A stretch of 64,000 bases of DNA from a virus. A program made the position numbers and the translations under genes. The stretch's first letter is position 1. Every line of letters starts with the position of its first letter. Shown here in pieces: positions 37,226 through 46,334 of this stretch. The stretch is from IMG/VR virus record IMGVR_UViG_3300028571_002266, positions 96,001 to 160,000 of that record; one strand, written 5' to 3'. Under the pieces are notes generated by a model. That model did no database searches. It was not told the origin of the DNA and saw only the letters and a program-made list of their open reading frames with translations.

Positions 37226-38068
37226 ATGTTAAATCTTGATGTATCAACGGATAAACTTGCAGATTTGAAAAAGCTTTTCAACGGCGCTAATGTTCATCAT
37301 CGAATAGTCGGTAAAAGTTCTGACGGTTTGACTACCACTTTGAAATTCAACAAAAAAGTTGATTTTGAAAAAGCCAAAGAAATAATCGATGGCAAGGTAG
37401 TTGCTCAAGCAACTTTGATTCACGCAAGACCAGTTTCAAATGTTAGCATTGGTGATAGCACAATCAACTGGTGTGCCGATCAGGGAGATCCATCCATTGT
37501 TGCTGGTGCAACTATATCTGACGATGCTTTTTATGACACTATAAATAATGGTGTTGTATTAACAGAAAATGTTGATGAACAGCTTGGATATCTTTATTGG
37601 GAAAAAAATTATGATTACAATAAAAATGTCTACATAAGGGCTACAACTTATTCTGGTGAAGGGGATGGCGCAGACAACATTACAATTTTTATGGGATCAA
37701 GCAGTGCTGGAGGTGGCAGTAATGGCTCAATATCTGTATACATCGATGATGAAGATGATGATGTTAAGGTTTATAAAAATGGCTCTTTAATTGAAGACGC
37801 AATCTTAACCAATCAAGAACTTGATGATGCGACTTTTAGAGTTTGGGAAGTTATTTACGAATATGCTTCTGCAACCGAACAATATCTTCATGTTTATATG
37901 AATAATGTTAAAGTCCTAAGATACAACATGTATCTTTTTGGCGGTGTGTGGATTCCCGGTGGTAGTTATATTGGAATTTATGGCGTTACTGGTGTAGATA
38001 ACAACTATCATATTTGCAGGTCATTCAAGGTAATGAGCGCAAATCCTTGGCTTGCAATCAATGGCTGA
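37226..38068 (+). CDS. L-type lectin-like domain protein (paralogue 3)
   Basis: VVLTEN...QLGYLYW, GADNIT, YIG..G.TG..NNYH.CRSF.V.SANPWL. Confidence 0.7.
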   Translation: MLNLDVSTDKLADLKKLFNGANVHHRIVGKSSDGLTTTLKFNKKVDFEKAKEIIDGKVVAQATLIHARPVSNVSIGDSTINWCADQGDPSIVAGATISDDAFYDTINNGVVLTENVDEQLGYLYWEKNYDYNKNVYIRATTYSGEGDGADNITIFMGSSSAGGGSNGSISVYIDDEDDDVKVYKNGSLIEDAILTNQELDDATFRVWEVIYEYASATEQYLHVYMNNVKVLRYNMYLFGGVWIPGGSYIGIYGVTGVDNNYHICRSFKVMSANPWLAING

Positions 38069-38070
38069 TT

Positions 38071-38940
38071 TTAATCGATTTTGAATTGTTGTAATCCGCC
38101 TTCGCAAGGCGGATTTTCTTTTTTAATTCTTTCTTCTGCCATGATGCAATAATCAGGATTAAGATCTATCCCAATAAAATTTCTTTTAAGTTTATTTGCA
38201 ACTGCTCCTGTTGTCCCTGAGCCGACAAATGGGTCTAAAACAAGATCACCTTCTTTGCTTCCTGCCAGCATGCAAGTTTTGACTAGTTCTTCTGGGAACA
38301 CGGCAAAGTGAGCTCCTGCGTATGGTTTTTGATTTATTTTCCAAACTGATCTTTTATTTCTTTTGTTGGCTCCTTCTGTTTTTTCTTCTTTTATGGCTTC
38401 AGAATTATAAAAATAATGTGGATTTTTAGTAAGTAAAAAAACATATTCATGGCATCTTGTAGGTCTATCTTTGACTGCTTCAGGCATTCCATTGGATTTT
38501 TCCCAAATAATATCAGCTCTGAGATACCAACCTTCTGATCTTAAAGCCATTGCTACCATCCAAGGTATGCCAACTAAATCTTTAGCTTTGAATCCGGGAG
38601 GAACTGGTCTTGGCTTTGCTTTGACTCCACGATTAGTGGATTGTTTACTTCCAGCTTGATTTGATGGTGCTGTAGGACAATATCCTCCTCCTCCACAAAA
38701 TGTATCACCAAGATTGATCCAGATTGTTCCGTCATCACGGAGAACATCACGAACTTCTCTGAATATCTGTACCATTCTTGCGACGAACTCTTCTGGGGTC
38801 TTCTCTGTTCCGAGTTGATCTTTCTGGCCATAATCTCTTAATTGCCAGTAAGGAGGAGATGTTATGCATGTTTGTACACTATTGCGCTCGATTTGTTTTA
38901 ATCCTTCGATGCAATCTGAATTTATAATTTTTGATTCCAT
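38071..38940 (-). CDS. Orphan DNA N4-C/N6-A methyltransferase (beta class)
   Basis: ITSPPYW, IIW.K.N.MPE.VKDR, HFAVFP, VLDPFVGSGTT. Confidence 0.92.
   Translation of the reverse strand: MESKIINSDCIEGLKQIERNSVQTCITSPPYWQLRDYGQKDQLGTEKTPEEFVARMVQIFREVRDVLRDDGTIWINLGDTFCGGGGYCPTAPSNQAGSKQSTNRGVKAKPRPVPPGFKAKDLVGIPWMVAMALRSEGWYLRADIIWEKSNGMPEAVKDRPTRCHEYVFLLTKNPHYFYNSEAIKEEKTEGANKRNKRSVWKINQKPYAGAHFAVFPEELVKTCMLAGSKEGDLVLDPFVGSGTTGAVANKLKRNFIGIDLNPDYCIMAEERIKKENPPCEGGLQQFKID
38093..38123. terminator. Hairpin near the junction of convergent genes
   Basis: AATCCGCCTT-CGC-AAGGCGGATT followed by TTCTTTTT. Confidence 0.6.
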
Positions 38941-39018
38941 CAAATATTAAAGTTACATTTATAAATATTTCAGAGCATTCGTGCTTCGACACGCCAATGA
39001 CAACCAGTTTGAGGATTC

Positions 39019-39495
39019 TTAAATTGTTTGCACTTCGGTGCTAAACAAGCTGGTCGAGGCGGTCTTTTCTTGATAGTTTCCAAGAATTGGTAATATTAAA
39101 TTTGTATTGTCATTTAGACTCCAAACAACATTCATCAAATTAGATTTTTGCAATGCGATTTCGCATTTGTAACATGGTTTTGCCATTCTAAATTTTCCAT
39201 GTCTATTTATTTTCATGCTTAGTATTGTTGTTTTCCTGTTATAAAACTTTTCATCAAGTTTGAGGAGAAGGTCTGCTTCAGCATGAAGGAATGGATATTT
39301 TTTCCAGTGTGCAATATTAAATTTTTGAGCTAATTTATATGCTTTCGCTGACATCATAACAGGATTGTTTTTTCCCATTTCTATGATTCTATTTTTTCTT
39401 ATTGCAAATGCATAGTGAAAACCAGAACGGCTTTTGTCTTCGTCCCAATCCTCTAACATGAGGCAAACACATTTGTGGAGAGTTGAGGATTTCAT
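39019..39495 (-). CDS. Zn-dependent (cytidine/dCMP-type) deaminase fold protein
   Basis: LHAE...AKPCYKC. Confidence 0.8.
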   Translation of the reverse strand: MKSSTLHKCVCLMLEDWDEDKSRSGFHYAFAIRKNRIIEMGKNNPVMMSAKAYKLAQKFNIAHWKKYPFLHAEADLLLKLDEKFYNRKTTILSMKINRHGKFRMAKPCYKCEIALQKSNLMNVVWSLNDNTNLILPILGNYQEKTASTSLFSTEVQTI

Positions 39496-39517
39496 GTAAA
39501 ATTATAGCCACATTCAA

Positions 39518-39546
39518 TTGACATGGCCAATAATTCTTTGTAAAAT
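39518..39546 (+). promoter_or_regulatory. sigma70-type promoter of the tRNA
   Basis: TTGACA, 17 bp, TAAAAT. Confidence 0.8.
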
Positions 39547-39556
39547 TGAATGTGTT

Positions 39557-39630
39557 GCCCCCGTAACTCAGGTGAATAGAGTAGCGTTTTTCTAAAGCGC
39601 AAGTCGTTGGTTTGAATCCAACCGGGGGTA
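39557..39630 (+). tRNA. tRNA-Arg(UCU), CCA not encoded
   Basis: Acceptor GCCCCCG/CGGGGGT, D stem ACTC/GAGT, anticodon arm GCGTT-TTTCTAA-AGCGC, T arm GTTGG-TTTGAAT-CCAAC. Confidence 0.92.
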
Positions 39631-39669
39631 TTATTTTAGATCATATTACCAACCTATTCTGGTGACACG

Positions 39670-39921
39670 ATGAAAAAAGACATGGATGAAGACGATAAGA
39701 TTGAAAAGATTCTTACTCCAGCAGGATCTTTTGTAATTGGCATTATTGCTGTTTTCTGTATGGCTTGTATTATGGCTTTCCCTTTTCAATATGCTTGGAA
39801 TAATATTTGCGTTGAAGTTTTGACTTGTTGTAAAGAAATAAATTACTGGCAAAGCACAGGAATGATTTTTTTGATTTTCTTTACAGGAAGAATATTTAAT
39901 TTCCCAATAGCTAAAGATTAG
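39670..39921 (+). CDS. small membrane protein
   Basis: Two hydrophobic segments; WN...EINYWQ. Confidence 0.7.
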   Translation: MKKDMDEDDKIEKILTPAGSFVIGIIAVFCMACIMAFPFQYAWNNICVEVLTCCKEINYWQSTGMIFLIFFTGRIFNFPIAKD

Positions 39922-40672
39922 TTCTAGGATAAAGTATTACATCACAAGAACTATGGTAAGGATATTGCTTAATCATTCTTTCTTTAGATATAGGGAGATT
40001 TTTTTGATCAAAAACATCGTAACCAAGTTGATATATGTGATCAATAAATAAAGGTATATCTCCATTTTCAATATGATCAATGTAGAGAGAAAGTTCTAAG
40101 AGAATGATTGGCTTAAATTTATGAATTGTTTCTTTTGCGCCGAGAAGTACTTTGTATTCATAACCTTCAACATCAATTTTCAATAAATCTACACGATTTA
40201 GATCCTTACAGTAATCGTCAAGTGTAATTAATTCTGTATCAAAAACAGTTGGTTGCAATTCAAGAGCACCGGGACTTACTGGAAGATTTATTTCTTGTCC
40301 ATCTCCACACATTACCCATGAATTGAGCAATTTAACATTTTTAAGAGAACTCTTTGAATCGCTAATTCCAACTTGATTATAAACACATTTATCTCCAAAT
40401 GATTCCAATAATTTTTTACTGCTTTCGATCATACATGGAGATGGCTCAAATAAATGAACTTTTGAATATCCTAGTAGAAGAAAAGAATGAGCCATTACTC
40501 CTATGTTTGATCCTACGTCTAAAACAACACTTTCATTGTCTTTGAGTGCTTTTTCCATAGCTTGTTGAAAAGCTGGACCATTTGAAGCCATTGATTGATT
40601 TTCAAGTGGTTGCTGTGGTGGTTTATTTTTTGGAGGATTGTTGCTTGAATATGCCATTGTTTTATCTTTCAC
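39911..40672 (-). CDS. FkbM-family methyltransferase
   Basis: LDVGSNIG, FEP, TLDD, KIDVEGYE..VL.GA. Confidence 0.9.
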   Translation of the reverse strand: MKDKTMAYSSNNPPKNKPPQQPLENQSMASNGPAFQQAMEKALKDNESVVLDVGSNIGVMAHSFLLLGYSKVHLFEPSPCMIESSKKLLESFGDKCVYNQVGISDSKSSLKNVKLLNSWVMCGDGQEINLPVSPGALELQPTVFDTELITLDDYCKDLNRVDLLKIDVEGYEYKVLLGAKETIHKFKPIILLELSLYIDHIENGDIPLFIDHIYQLGYDVFDQKNLPISKERMIKQYPYHSSCDVILYPRTNL

Positions 40673-40736
40673 AATATATTAAAATGATTTATGAATATAA
40701 TTATATACAATAATTCACTCTCTTATTAAAGAGTGG

Positions 40737-41504
40737 TTATGATTTTTTCCAGAAAACCCCACATCCATCTATTGTTATGATTTGATCATTAATATTCTTT
40801 CTATTTCTAAAATCAACTGTTGCTTTTTGTGCTCCTTTTAAGCACCAATCATCAACAATTGCAAATCCTCCTTTGACAAGTTTTTCCCAACAAGATTCAT
40901 AGACATCCATTGTTGATTTATACATGTCTCCATCCATGCGTAATATGCAAAGTTTTTCAATTTCTTTATTGTTTGGAAGTGTATCGGAAAACCATCCTTT
41001 AAGGAATATGACATTTTCATCTAAAGCACGATATATTGAAAAATTGTTTTTTACTTCTTCTAAGCCAACTCTTAGAATAGCTACTCCGTGATGATGATCT
41101 CCCTCATCTTCAGGATGTTCAGGTTTTGGCAATCCTGCGAATGAATCGGCTATAAACACTTTTTTATTCATTTCATAAAGGTCAAGATATTTTTTCATAA
41201 AAATACAAGCCCCTCCACGCCAAACTCCTGTTTCAATGATGTCTCCATCAATTTTTTTCTCTCTTATTTCGTCAAGACATTTATGTAAATTGTTGAGTCG
41301 AATCATGCCTATCATCGTGTGTGCTCTTTCAGGCCAGTCAAATCCTGTTTCACGAATTTTGTCTATTGGGCTTGAAATAACTTTTTGCATTTCATCCTTA
41401 GATGGATATTCGCCATTTTCAAAAAACTTTTCTCTTATTTTTTCATCATTGGCGCTATCTGTAAGAATTCTTTTGAGAAAATTTAGTTTAAGGCTATTTG
41501 GCAT
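40737..41504 (-). CDS. TylF/MycF/NovP-family O-methyltransferase
   Basis: AHTMIG..RL.NL, GDIIETGVWRGG, DSFAGLP, KGWF.DTLP, LR.DGDMY.ST, DD. Confidence 0.93.
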   Translation of the reverse strand: MPNSLKLNFLKRILTDSANDEKIREKFFENGEYPSKDEMQKVISSPIDKIRETGFDWPERAHTMIGMIRLNNLHKCLDEIREKKIDGDIIETGVWRGGACIFMKKYLDLYEMNKKVFIADSFAGLPKPEHPEDEGDHHHGVAILRVGLEEVKNNFSIYRALDENVIFLKGWFSDTLPNNKEIEKLCILRMDGDMYKSTMDVYESCWEKLVKGGFAIVDDWCLKGAQKATVDFRNRKNINDQIITIDGCGVFWKKS

Positions 41505-42085
41505 TTTTTTCTTTCAATTATTGTAAGTCCGTTGTTGTTAGTGAAAACTTCTTTAATCGTCCAATTTTTACCTTCTTCGCTTATCATAAATTCTTCTAAA
41601 GCAGGAACTAGTCCTTGTTTTTCTGAATTAATGTTAATTAACTTGCAATTTGGTTGATAAATGGGTTCATCTATTGTTCCAAATGTAGTTGTGTCGTGCA
41701 TTATTATATATTTATTTACATTTGATGCATGAGCTTCTAGTTCTTTTTTCAATTGTAAATATCTGTGAAGTGTATCGATGAAAAGTAAATCTGTTTTTTC
41801 GATTGAGAGTGTAAGAACATCTGCGTTAATGAAAATAAATTCAATTCCATCTTCTTCGGCGGCTTTCTTAGGTTCAGAAACATTAATGTTTGACACATCG
41901 TAACAAACAATTTTTTTTGGTTTGGCTGCGAGCAAAGCCCAAGTAGATATTATTCCTCTGACTCCCATCTCAGTTACATGTTCACATTCTGATGCGTATT
42001 TTTTAATTGTTTCTAAATGCTGATTTATATCTGTTCCATTATTTTTTTCTTTTTCAAATTTTTCCAGAATGAAGTTTTTGACCAT
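41483..42085 (-). CDS. Class I SAM-dependent methyltransferase
   Basis: DINQHL, EMGVRG..ST, DLLFIDTLH.Y.QL..EL, HDT, NNNGL. Confidence 0.8.
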   Translation of the reverse strand: MVKNFILEKFEKEKNNGTDINQHLETIKKYASECEHVTEMGVRGIISTWALLAAKPKKIVCYDVSNINVSEPKKAAEEDGIEFIFINADVLTLSIEKTDLLFIDTLHRYLQLKKELEAHASNVNKYIIMHDTTTFGTIDEPIYQPNCKLININSEKQGLVPALEEFMISEEGKNWTIKEVFTNNNGLTIIERKKCQIALN

Positions 42086-42131
42086 ATTTGTTTCCTTGGT
42101 AATTATTTGATTTACATTTATATATAACTTC

Positions 42132-42548
42132 ATGGAAAGACTATGTTCTTTTAATGATTTTTTTTTGCTTAAAGAAGGTAATAGCCGCACGGCATTGAAG
42201 TCTTTGCTTTACCCACTTTCTTATGGTGGGCTGGGTAATTATCCTCCTGCTCACTATCTTCCTCAAGCTGCTGATGCCATTCTATATGTATCGCAGGATG
42301 AGAGGTTATGGTGTAATGGAGATGGAGCACCTTGGGACATCACACATCTACCCGGACATAAGCAATATGGCGATAAAATAAATAATGGCGAAGGCGATCC
42401 ATGGGATATTAATATGGTTCCCGGTAAATCTAAAGAACCATTAGATCATGATGTTCCCGGTAAAGAAGTGCCATATAAGGGATTTTTAAGGCTTGTGACT
42501 AAGATCAAATGTATAAGTCCTGAATATTCAAATTTGCCACCAATTTGA
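42132..42548 (+). CDS. hypothetical protein with internal NG.G.PWDI...PG repeats
   Basis: SFNDFFLLKE N-terminus; TATATA 5 nt before the ATG. Confidence 0.7.
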   Translation: MERLCSFNDFFLLKEGNSRTALKSLLYPLSYGGLGNYPPAHYLPQAADAILYVSQDERLWCNGDGAPWDITHLPGHKQYGDKINNGEGDPWDINMVPGKSKEPLDHDVPGKEVPYKGFLRLVTKIKCISPEYSNLPPI

Positions 42549-42592
42549 CTTTGATTTATAATTCCCCAATAATTGATTTAAGGGGAAAAACT

Positions 42593-42820
42593 ATGAACGA
42601 TAAGCATATTCGCACAATTGCTGCATTTGAACAGGTTGGAGCATTTCTCAATATCTTTGCTAATTTCCTTTATTCGTATCATAAGGATTTGGTTAATGCT
42701 GGATTCCAGCGTGATGAAGCTCTGAAGCTTGTTCGAGAACTTCAAGCTACGATTTTTAAGGAATCTTTCAACAGCAGCGCATCACCTGAAAATAATGATA
42801 TTGAAAATGATGAAGAATAG
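42593..42820 (+). CDS. hypothetical protein
   Basis: SD AGGGG; YH..LV.AGF.RDEAL.L. Confidence 0.7.
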   Translation: MNDKHIRTIAAFEQVGAFLNIFANFLYSYHKDLVNAGFQRDEALKLVRELQATIFKESFNSSASPENNDIENDEE

Positions 42821-42901
42821 TGCTTTTGGGAAAAATGTTTCTGTAGGCATCAAACATCTAAAAATAGTTCGCCTTCAATATCTTAGATAGATTAAGCGGA
42901 G

Positions 42902-43495
42902 GTGCTTGTGTTGGCCGAGAGAAAAGTTCTTGTCCTTAACAAATCATGGCGTGCTATTGCGATTATTACTCTTGAGAAGGCCCTTAGCAAGGTTTTCTCG
43001 ACATATGATGATGGAACACCAAAAGCAAAAATTATTGATCCTAGCAATGATTTTATGATGTTTGAATGGCATGAGTGGTCACAGATCATGCCAAGTGATG
43101 ATGAATTGAAGATTAGGACTGTAAGTGCCTCTTACAGAGTTCCTGAGGTCATACAATATACGAAGTATGATAAAGTCCCATGCACCAAGGCCCAGTTCAA
43201 CAGAAGAAGCATTTACAGAAGAGACAATAGCACTTGCCAATATTGTGGCGAGAAAAAAAAGAGTGATGAATTATCTTTAGACCATATTGTTCCTCGTTGT
43301 CAGGGAGGCAAAACTAATTGGGAAAACATTGTTGTTGCCTGTGTTGGTTGCAATTCCCAAAAAGCTGGCAGGACTCCAAAACAAGCAGGCATGAAACTTC
43401 TCCGTGAGCCTAGAAAGCCTTTGTCCAATTTATATCTGGATGATTCAAGGGTTGAATCTTGGGTTCATTTTCTTGTCGCAGAAGATGTTGCTTGA
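42902..43495 (+). CDS. HNH endonuclease (McrA-like)
   Basis: VLVLN, P.VI, RD..TCQYCG, LSLDHIVP...GG...WEN.V.AC..CN..K. Confidence 0.92.
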   Translation: MLVLAERKVLVLNKSWRAIAIITLEKALSKVFSTYDDGTPKAKIIDPSNDFMMFEWHEWSQIMPSDDELKIRTVSASYRVPEVIQYTKYDKVPCTKAQFNRRSIYRRDNSTCQYCGEKKKSDELSLDHIVPRCQGGKTNWENIVVACVGCNSQKAGRTPKQAGMKLLREPRKPLSNLYLDDSRVESWVHFLVAEDVA

Positions 43496-43550
43496 TTAAA
43501 TTCTTATTTTGACTACAATTGATTTGTTCGTTAATTTTTATTTCTTCAAA

Positions 43551-43573
43551 GAAATTCGTCGTCTGTTGACGGG
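43551..43573 (+). repeat. GAAA-hairpin element, copy 4
   Basis: GAAA TTCGTC-GTCTGTT-GACGGG (2 G.U). Confidence 0.75.
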
Positions 43574-43587
43574 AAAGCAGTTTTTAT

Positions 43588-43824
43588 ATGTGGTTGAAAT
43601 TGTCGAATCAATGGATTAATATGTCTCATATTGTCAGAGTTGAATTTAAGGTTGAAGGCAATACTAAGATAGCCACTTTTTATTCTACAAAAACAGGTGG
43701 TCAGGATCGAACATTTGTACAAGGTCCAGATGCAGATCTTGTAGAAAAATGGCTTAATGATCAGATTGCACCTCCTGTAGAAATCAAGGCTGTCAAGGCC
43801 AAGACCAAGTCTGTCAAAAAGTGA
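43588..43824 (+). CDS. hypothetical protein
   Basis: MWLKLSNQWINMSHIVRVE. Confidence 0.7.
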   Translation: MWLKLSNQWINMSHIVRVEFKVEGNTKIATFYSTKTGGQDRTFVQGPDADLVEKWLNDQIAPPVEIKAVKAKTKSVKK

Positions 43825-43834
43825 TTGGATTCTT

Positions 43835-43879
43835 GTTGATTTTTGGGTTTTTTCGTCTATGATTCCTAGAGAAATCCGT
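43835..43879 (+). repeat. 45-bp promoter cassette, copy A
   Basis: Identical to 49160..49205 except T6 versus T7; TTGATT, 16 bp, TATGAT. Confidence 0.9.
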
Positions 43880-43898
43880 TCATCAGTTGGTGGGCGGA
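43871..43898 (+). repeat. GAAA-hairpin element, copy 5
   Basis: GAAA TCCGTTCATC-AGTT-GGTGGGCGGA (10 bp, 3 G.U). Confidence 0.8.
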
Positions 43899-43920
43899 GG
43901 GAAAAGACGAGACATCAAAG

Positions 43921-45096
43921 ATGTTTTCCACTATTTTGACTTTAGCAGCATCTTTTTTTGGAATATGGGCTTTTTGTAAATATGTTGTTTTTATTGAAAT
44001 AAGAGTAGACGGGAACACATTCAAGACTCTTTATGATTATTTCAAGAATGACAATAAATTTGTCTTGTATGAGGAATTCACTTCAGAAGCTCAATATCCT
44101 GTTTTCTATTCTGTTTTTTGTTTTCCAAAGTCAATTCCATGTTTTTTCCTAACTCGTAATGAGCGTCTTTTTCAAGCTGGCTGGCAAAGCAAAGATTACT
44201 TAACAGTGATCACCTGTTTCAGGTGGGATTATAATAGATTCAAGATTTTTTTGAATGTTGGTTTGAAAGATGCCAGTTTCAGAACTAGTGGTGTTCCAAT
44301 AAGACTTCTTTTGCCTTTTGGAACGGATAAGATTGGTTCTTTGAAAATAAGAATGAATGAGCCAATGATAGATCCTGTTTTGTGGCGTGACTTCGACAAT
44401 GAAGTTGGAGAAATGGTTTCTGGCAAGAGGATCAAGACAAGTGCTCTTCTTCATGGTTTGCCCGGAACTGGCAAGACATCTTTAGTCAAATATTTGTCAA
44501 CGAAATATGAATTGCCGATTATGATTTTCACTTTGAACCCAGAGTGGAACAACCATGACCTTTTGTTTATGTTTTCAAACATTCCATCAAAATGCATAGT
44601 TCTTATGGAAGATTTTGATAATTATTTTGATAAAAGACAATGCACTATGGGCAATGACAGGAATTATATTAAATTTACTTTTGATATAATTCTTAATGGT
44701 TTAGATGGTGTTTACAACACTTATGATAAAGTCGTTTTCATTATGACTGTTAATGATATTGACAAGGTTGATGATGCTTTGAAGGATAGACCGAGTCGTT
44801 TCAAATTCGTCAAGCATTTTGACAATCCATCTTTTGAGGCTAGGAGCAGGATATTGGGAGAAGATTGGGCTGATTTGACAGCAGGAATGAATTTGGATCA
44901 AATCTATCGGATTAAGGAGTACCAAGATCAAGGACTGACTTTCAAAGAAGCTATGCTAAAATTAGGGAAAAATATTGATTGTACTCAAATCAATAGAATT
45001 GCTGAAAATATTTATCGGCGTAGAATTGCATCTAACTTGCCCGGAAACGACAGAGACGATTGGTTTACTGCTGAGAATATAATCACATCAAAGTAA
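43921..45096 (+). CDS. BCS1-like AAA+ ATPase with N-terminal TM helix and DUF2934-like tail
   Basis: LLHGLPGTGKTS, VLMEDFD, ILNGLDG, MTVN...D.AL..RPSRF; IA..IY.RR...G....DW..AE. Confidence 0.8.
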   Translation: MFSTILTLAASFFGIWAFCKYVVFIEIRVDGNTFKTLYDYFKNDNKFVLYEEFTSEAQYPVFYSVFCFPKSIPCFFLTRNERLFQAGWQSKDYLTVITCFRWDYNRFKIFLNVGLKDASFRTSGVPIRLLLPFGTDKIGSLKIRMNEPMIDPVLWRDFDNEVGEMVSGKRIKTSALLHGLPGTGKTSLVKYLSTKYELPIMIFTLNPEWNNHDLLFMFSNIPSKCIVLMEDFDNYFDKRQCTMGNDRNYIKFTFDIILNGLDGVYNTYDKVVFIMTVNDIDKVDDALKDRPSRFKFVKHFDNPSFEARSRILGEDWADLTAGMNLDQIYRIKEYQDQGLTFKEAMLKLGKNIDCTQINRIAENIYRRRIASNLPGNDRDDWFTAENIITSK

Positions 45097-46021
45097 AATC
45101 TACATATTGGATTTCAAGATGTTCTCTTGGGAAAGCTGTTCCATTGGCATATTCTGGAATTTCGCTGTTTTTCCATCTTTCTTTAATTCGTCTCAATAGT
45201 ATTGGATTTTGAGTGAAGAATAGTTCTACATCTCTTTTTGCTATGTTTTCTCGAATAATAGAAAGGCCAGCAGCTTGAAACATTCTTCTATAACTGGCAA
45301 TTGGATTAAGAAGAGCAACTGTTTTAACTGGTTTTATCCCCATTGCGAAAAGTTCGTCTTCAGTATGTACAAGATGTAGATATGCTTTATTGAGAGTTGA
45401 GTGGATGTGGCATCCGTCACGACTGCACCATGGATGGCATCTGACGAATATTCTACAACTATCTGATTTTAATTTAATTATTTTTTGAAGACTCTTTTCA
45501 AATTCTTGTGAATGATCGATAATATCATTGATAACAACTATATCATAAGAACCGTTTGATACTACTTCATCCCAATTTTTTGTGTAAATTAAATTTTTAT
45601 CTTTTTCAAAATGATCCCAGTTATTGTCTTCGATATCATAACACACAACTTTTTTGGGTCCGAACAGTTGACTTGACACAAAACCAATATGTCCTTCCTT
45701 GCATCCAAATACCAATATCTTTTTGTCTACAATATCGGTTGTGATCAAGTTGCTTATAATCATTGCAGCTTCATGAAGTTTCTCTTCCTCTGTGGAGACA
45801 ATGTCTTCTGGACGTAAAGATTCGGGCCAGTGGTCGCTTTTTGCAAGAAGTCTTAAATCGGTAATTTCACGAATTTTATCATTTGAATTTTTAGGTGCTT
45901 CAAAAATTGCATTTTCCTGATCAAGCAATCTTTGCATGAACATTTTCATAGAATCAAGTGTCATCATGAAACTTTTAATTGTCATAATTTCGTTTTGTGT
46001 ATTTTGATTATTAAATTGCAT
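45083..46021 (-). CDS. Class I SAM methyltransferase-like protein
   Basis: KILVFGCKEGH, YDI, YDIVVINDIIDH. Confidence 0.7.
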   Translation of the reverse strand: MQFNNQNTQNEIMTIKSFMMTLDSMKMFMQRLLDQENAIFEAPKNSNDKIREITDLRLLAKSDHWPESLRPEDIVSTEEEKLHEAAMIISNLITTDIVDKKILVFGCKEGHIGFVSSQLFGPKKVVCYDIEDNNWDHFEKDKNLIYTKNWDEVVSNGSYDIVVINDIIDHSQEFEKSLQKIIKLKSDSCRIFVRCHPWCSRDGCHIHSTLNKAYLHLVHTEDELFAMGIKPVKTVALLNPIASYRRMFQAAGLSIIRENIAKRDVELFFTQNPILLRRIKERWKNSEIPEYANGTAFPREHLEIQYVDFTLM

Positions 46022-46055
46022 TTTTCAAACTCATTTAATTTGGTTAACATTTTAT

Positions 46056-46334
46056 ATGAGTGTTTATATGAAAAAATTAGAAGTAATAGAGGCTTTTGAC
46101 GATGAAATTGGAATGATAAAAGTCCTTAAGGTTGAAGGCGAGGTTTTTGATTGGGGTTTGGATTTAGAAAGTTTTGAACAAGCTAGAAAAAACATATTGA
46201 ATCATCAAGAGCTTGCTGAATCAGTGGCTCTTTCTATAATAAATCATTTTCTTGAAAGTTTTTCAGATTTCTTGGGAAGGACAGTAACTTTACAAGAACT
46301 TAATGAGGCAATTGTTAAAGGAAATATTGAATGA
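46056..46334 (+). CDS. hypothetical protein
   Basis: 92-aa ORF. Confidence 0.7.
   Translation: MSVYMKKLEVIEAFDDEIGMIKVLKVEGEVFDWGLDLESFEQARKNILNHQELAESVALSIINHFLESFSDFLGRTVTLQELNEAIVKGNIE

Noticed and set aside
38093-38118. Minus-strand GAAAATCCGCCTT..AAGGCGGA as a tenth element
   Set aside because: It lacks the GTTGA segment and a promoter, and its position near convergent gene ends with a T-tract fits a terminator.
39557-39630. Reading the tRNA as an amber suppressor (CUA) and the genome as recoded
   Set aside because: Only the TCT register gives a paired 5-bp anticodon stem. Genes are full length in code 11 and end at TAG, TGA and TAA.
38071-43495. Methylase plus HNH as a restriction-modification system
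   Set aside because: They are 4 kb apart on opposite strands with unrelated genes between, and both are common phage orphans.
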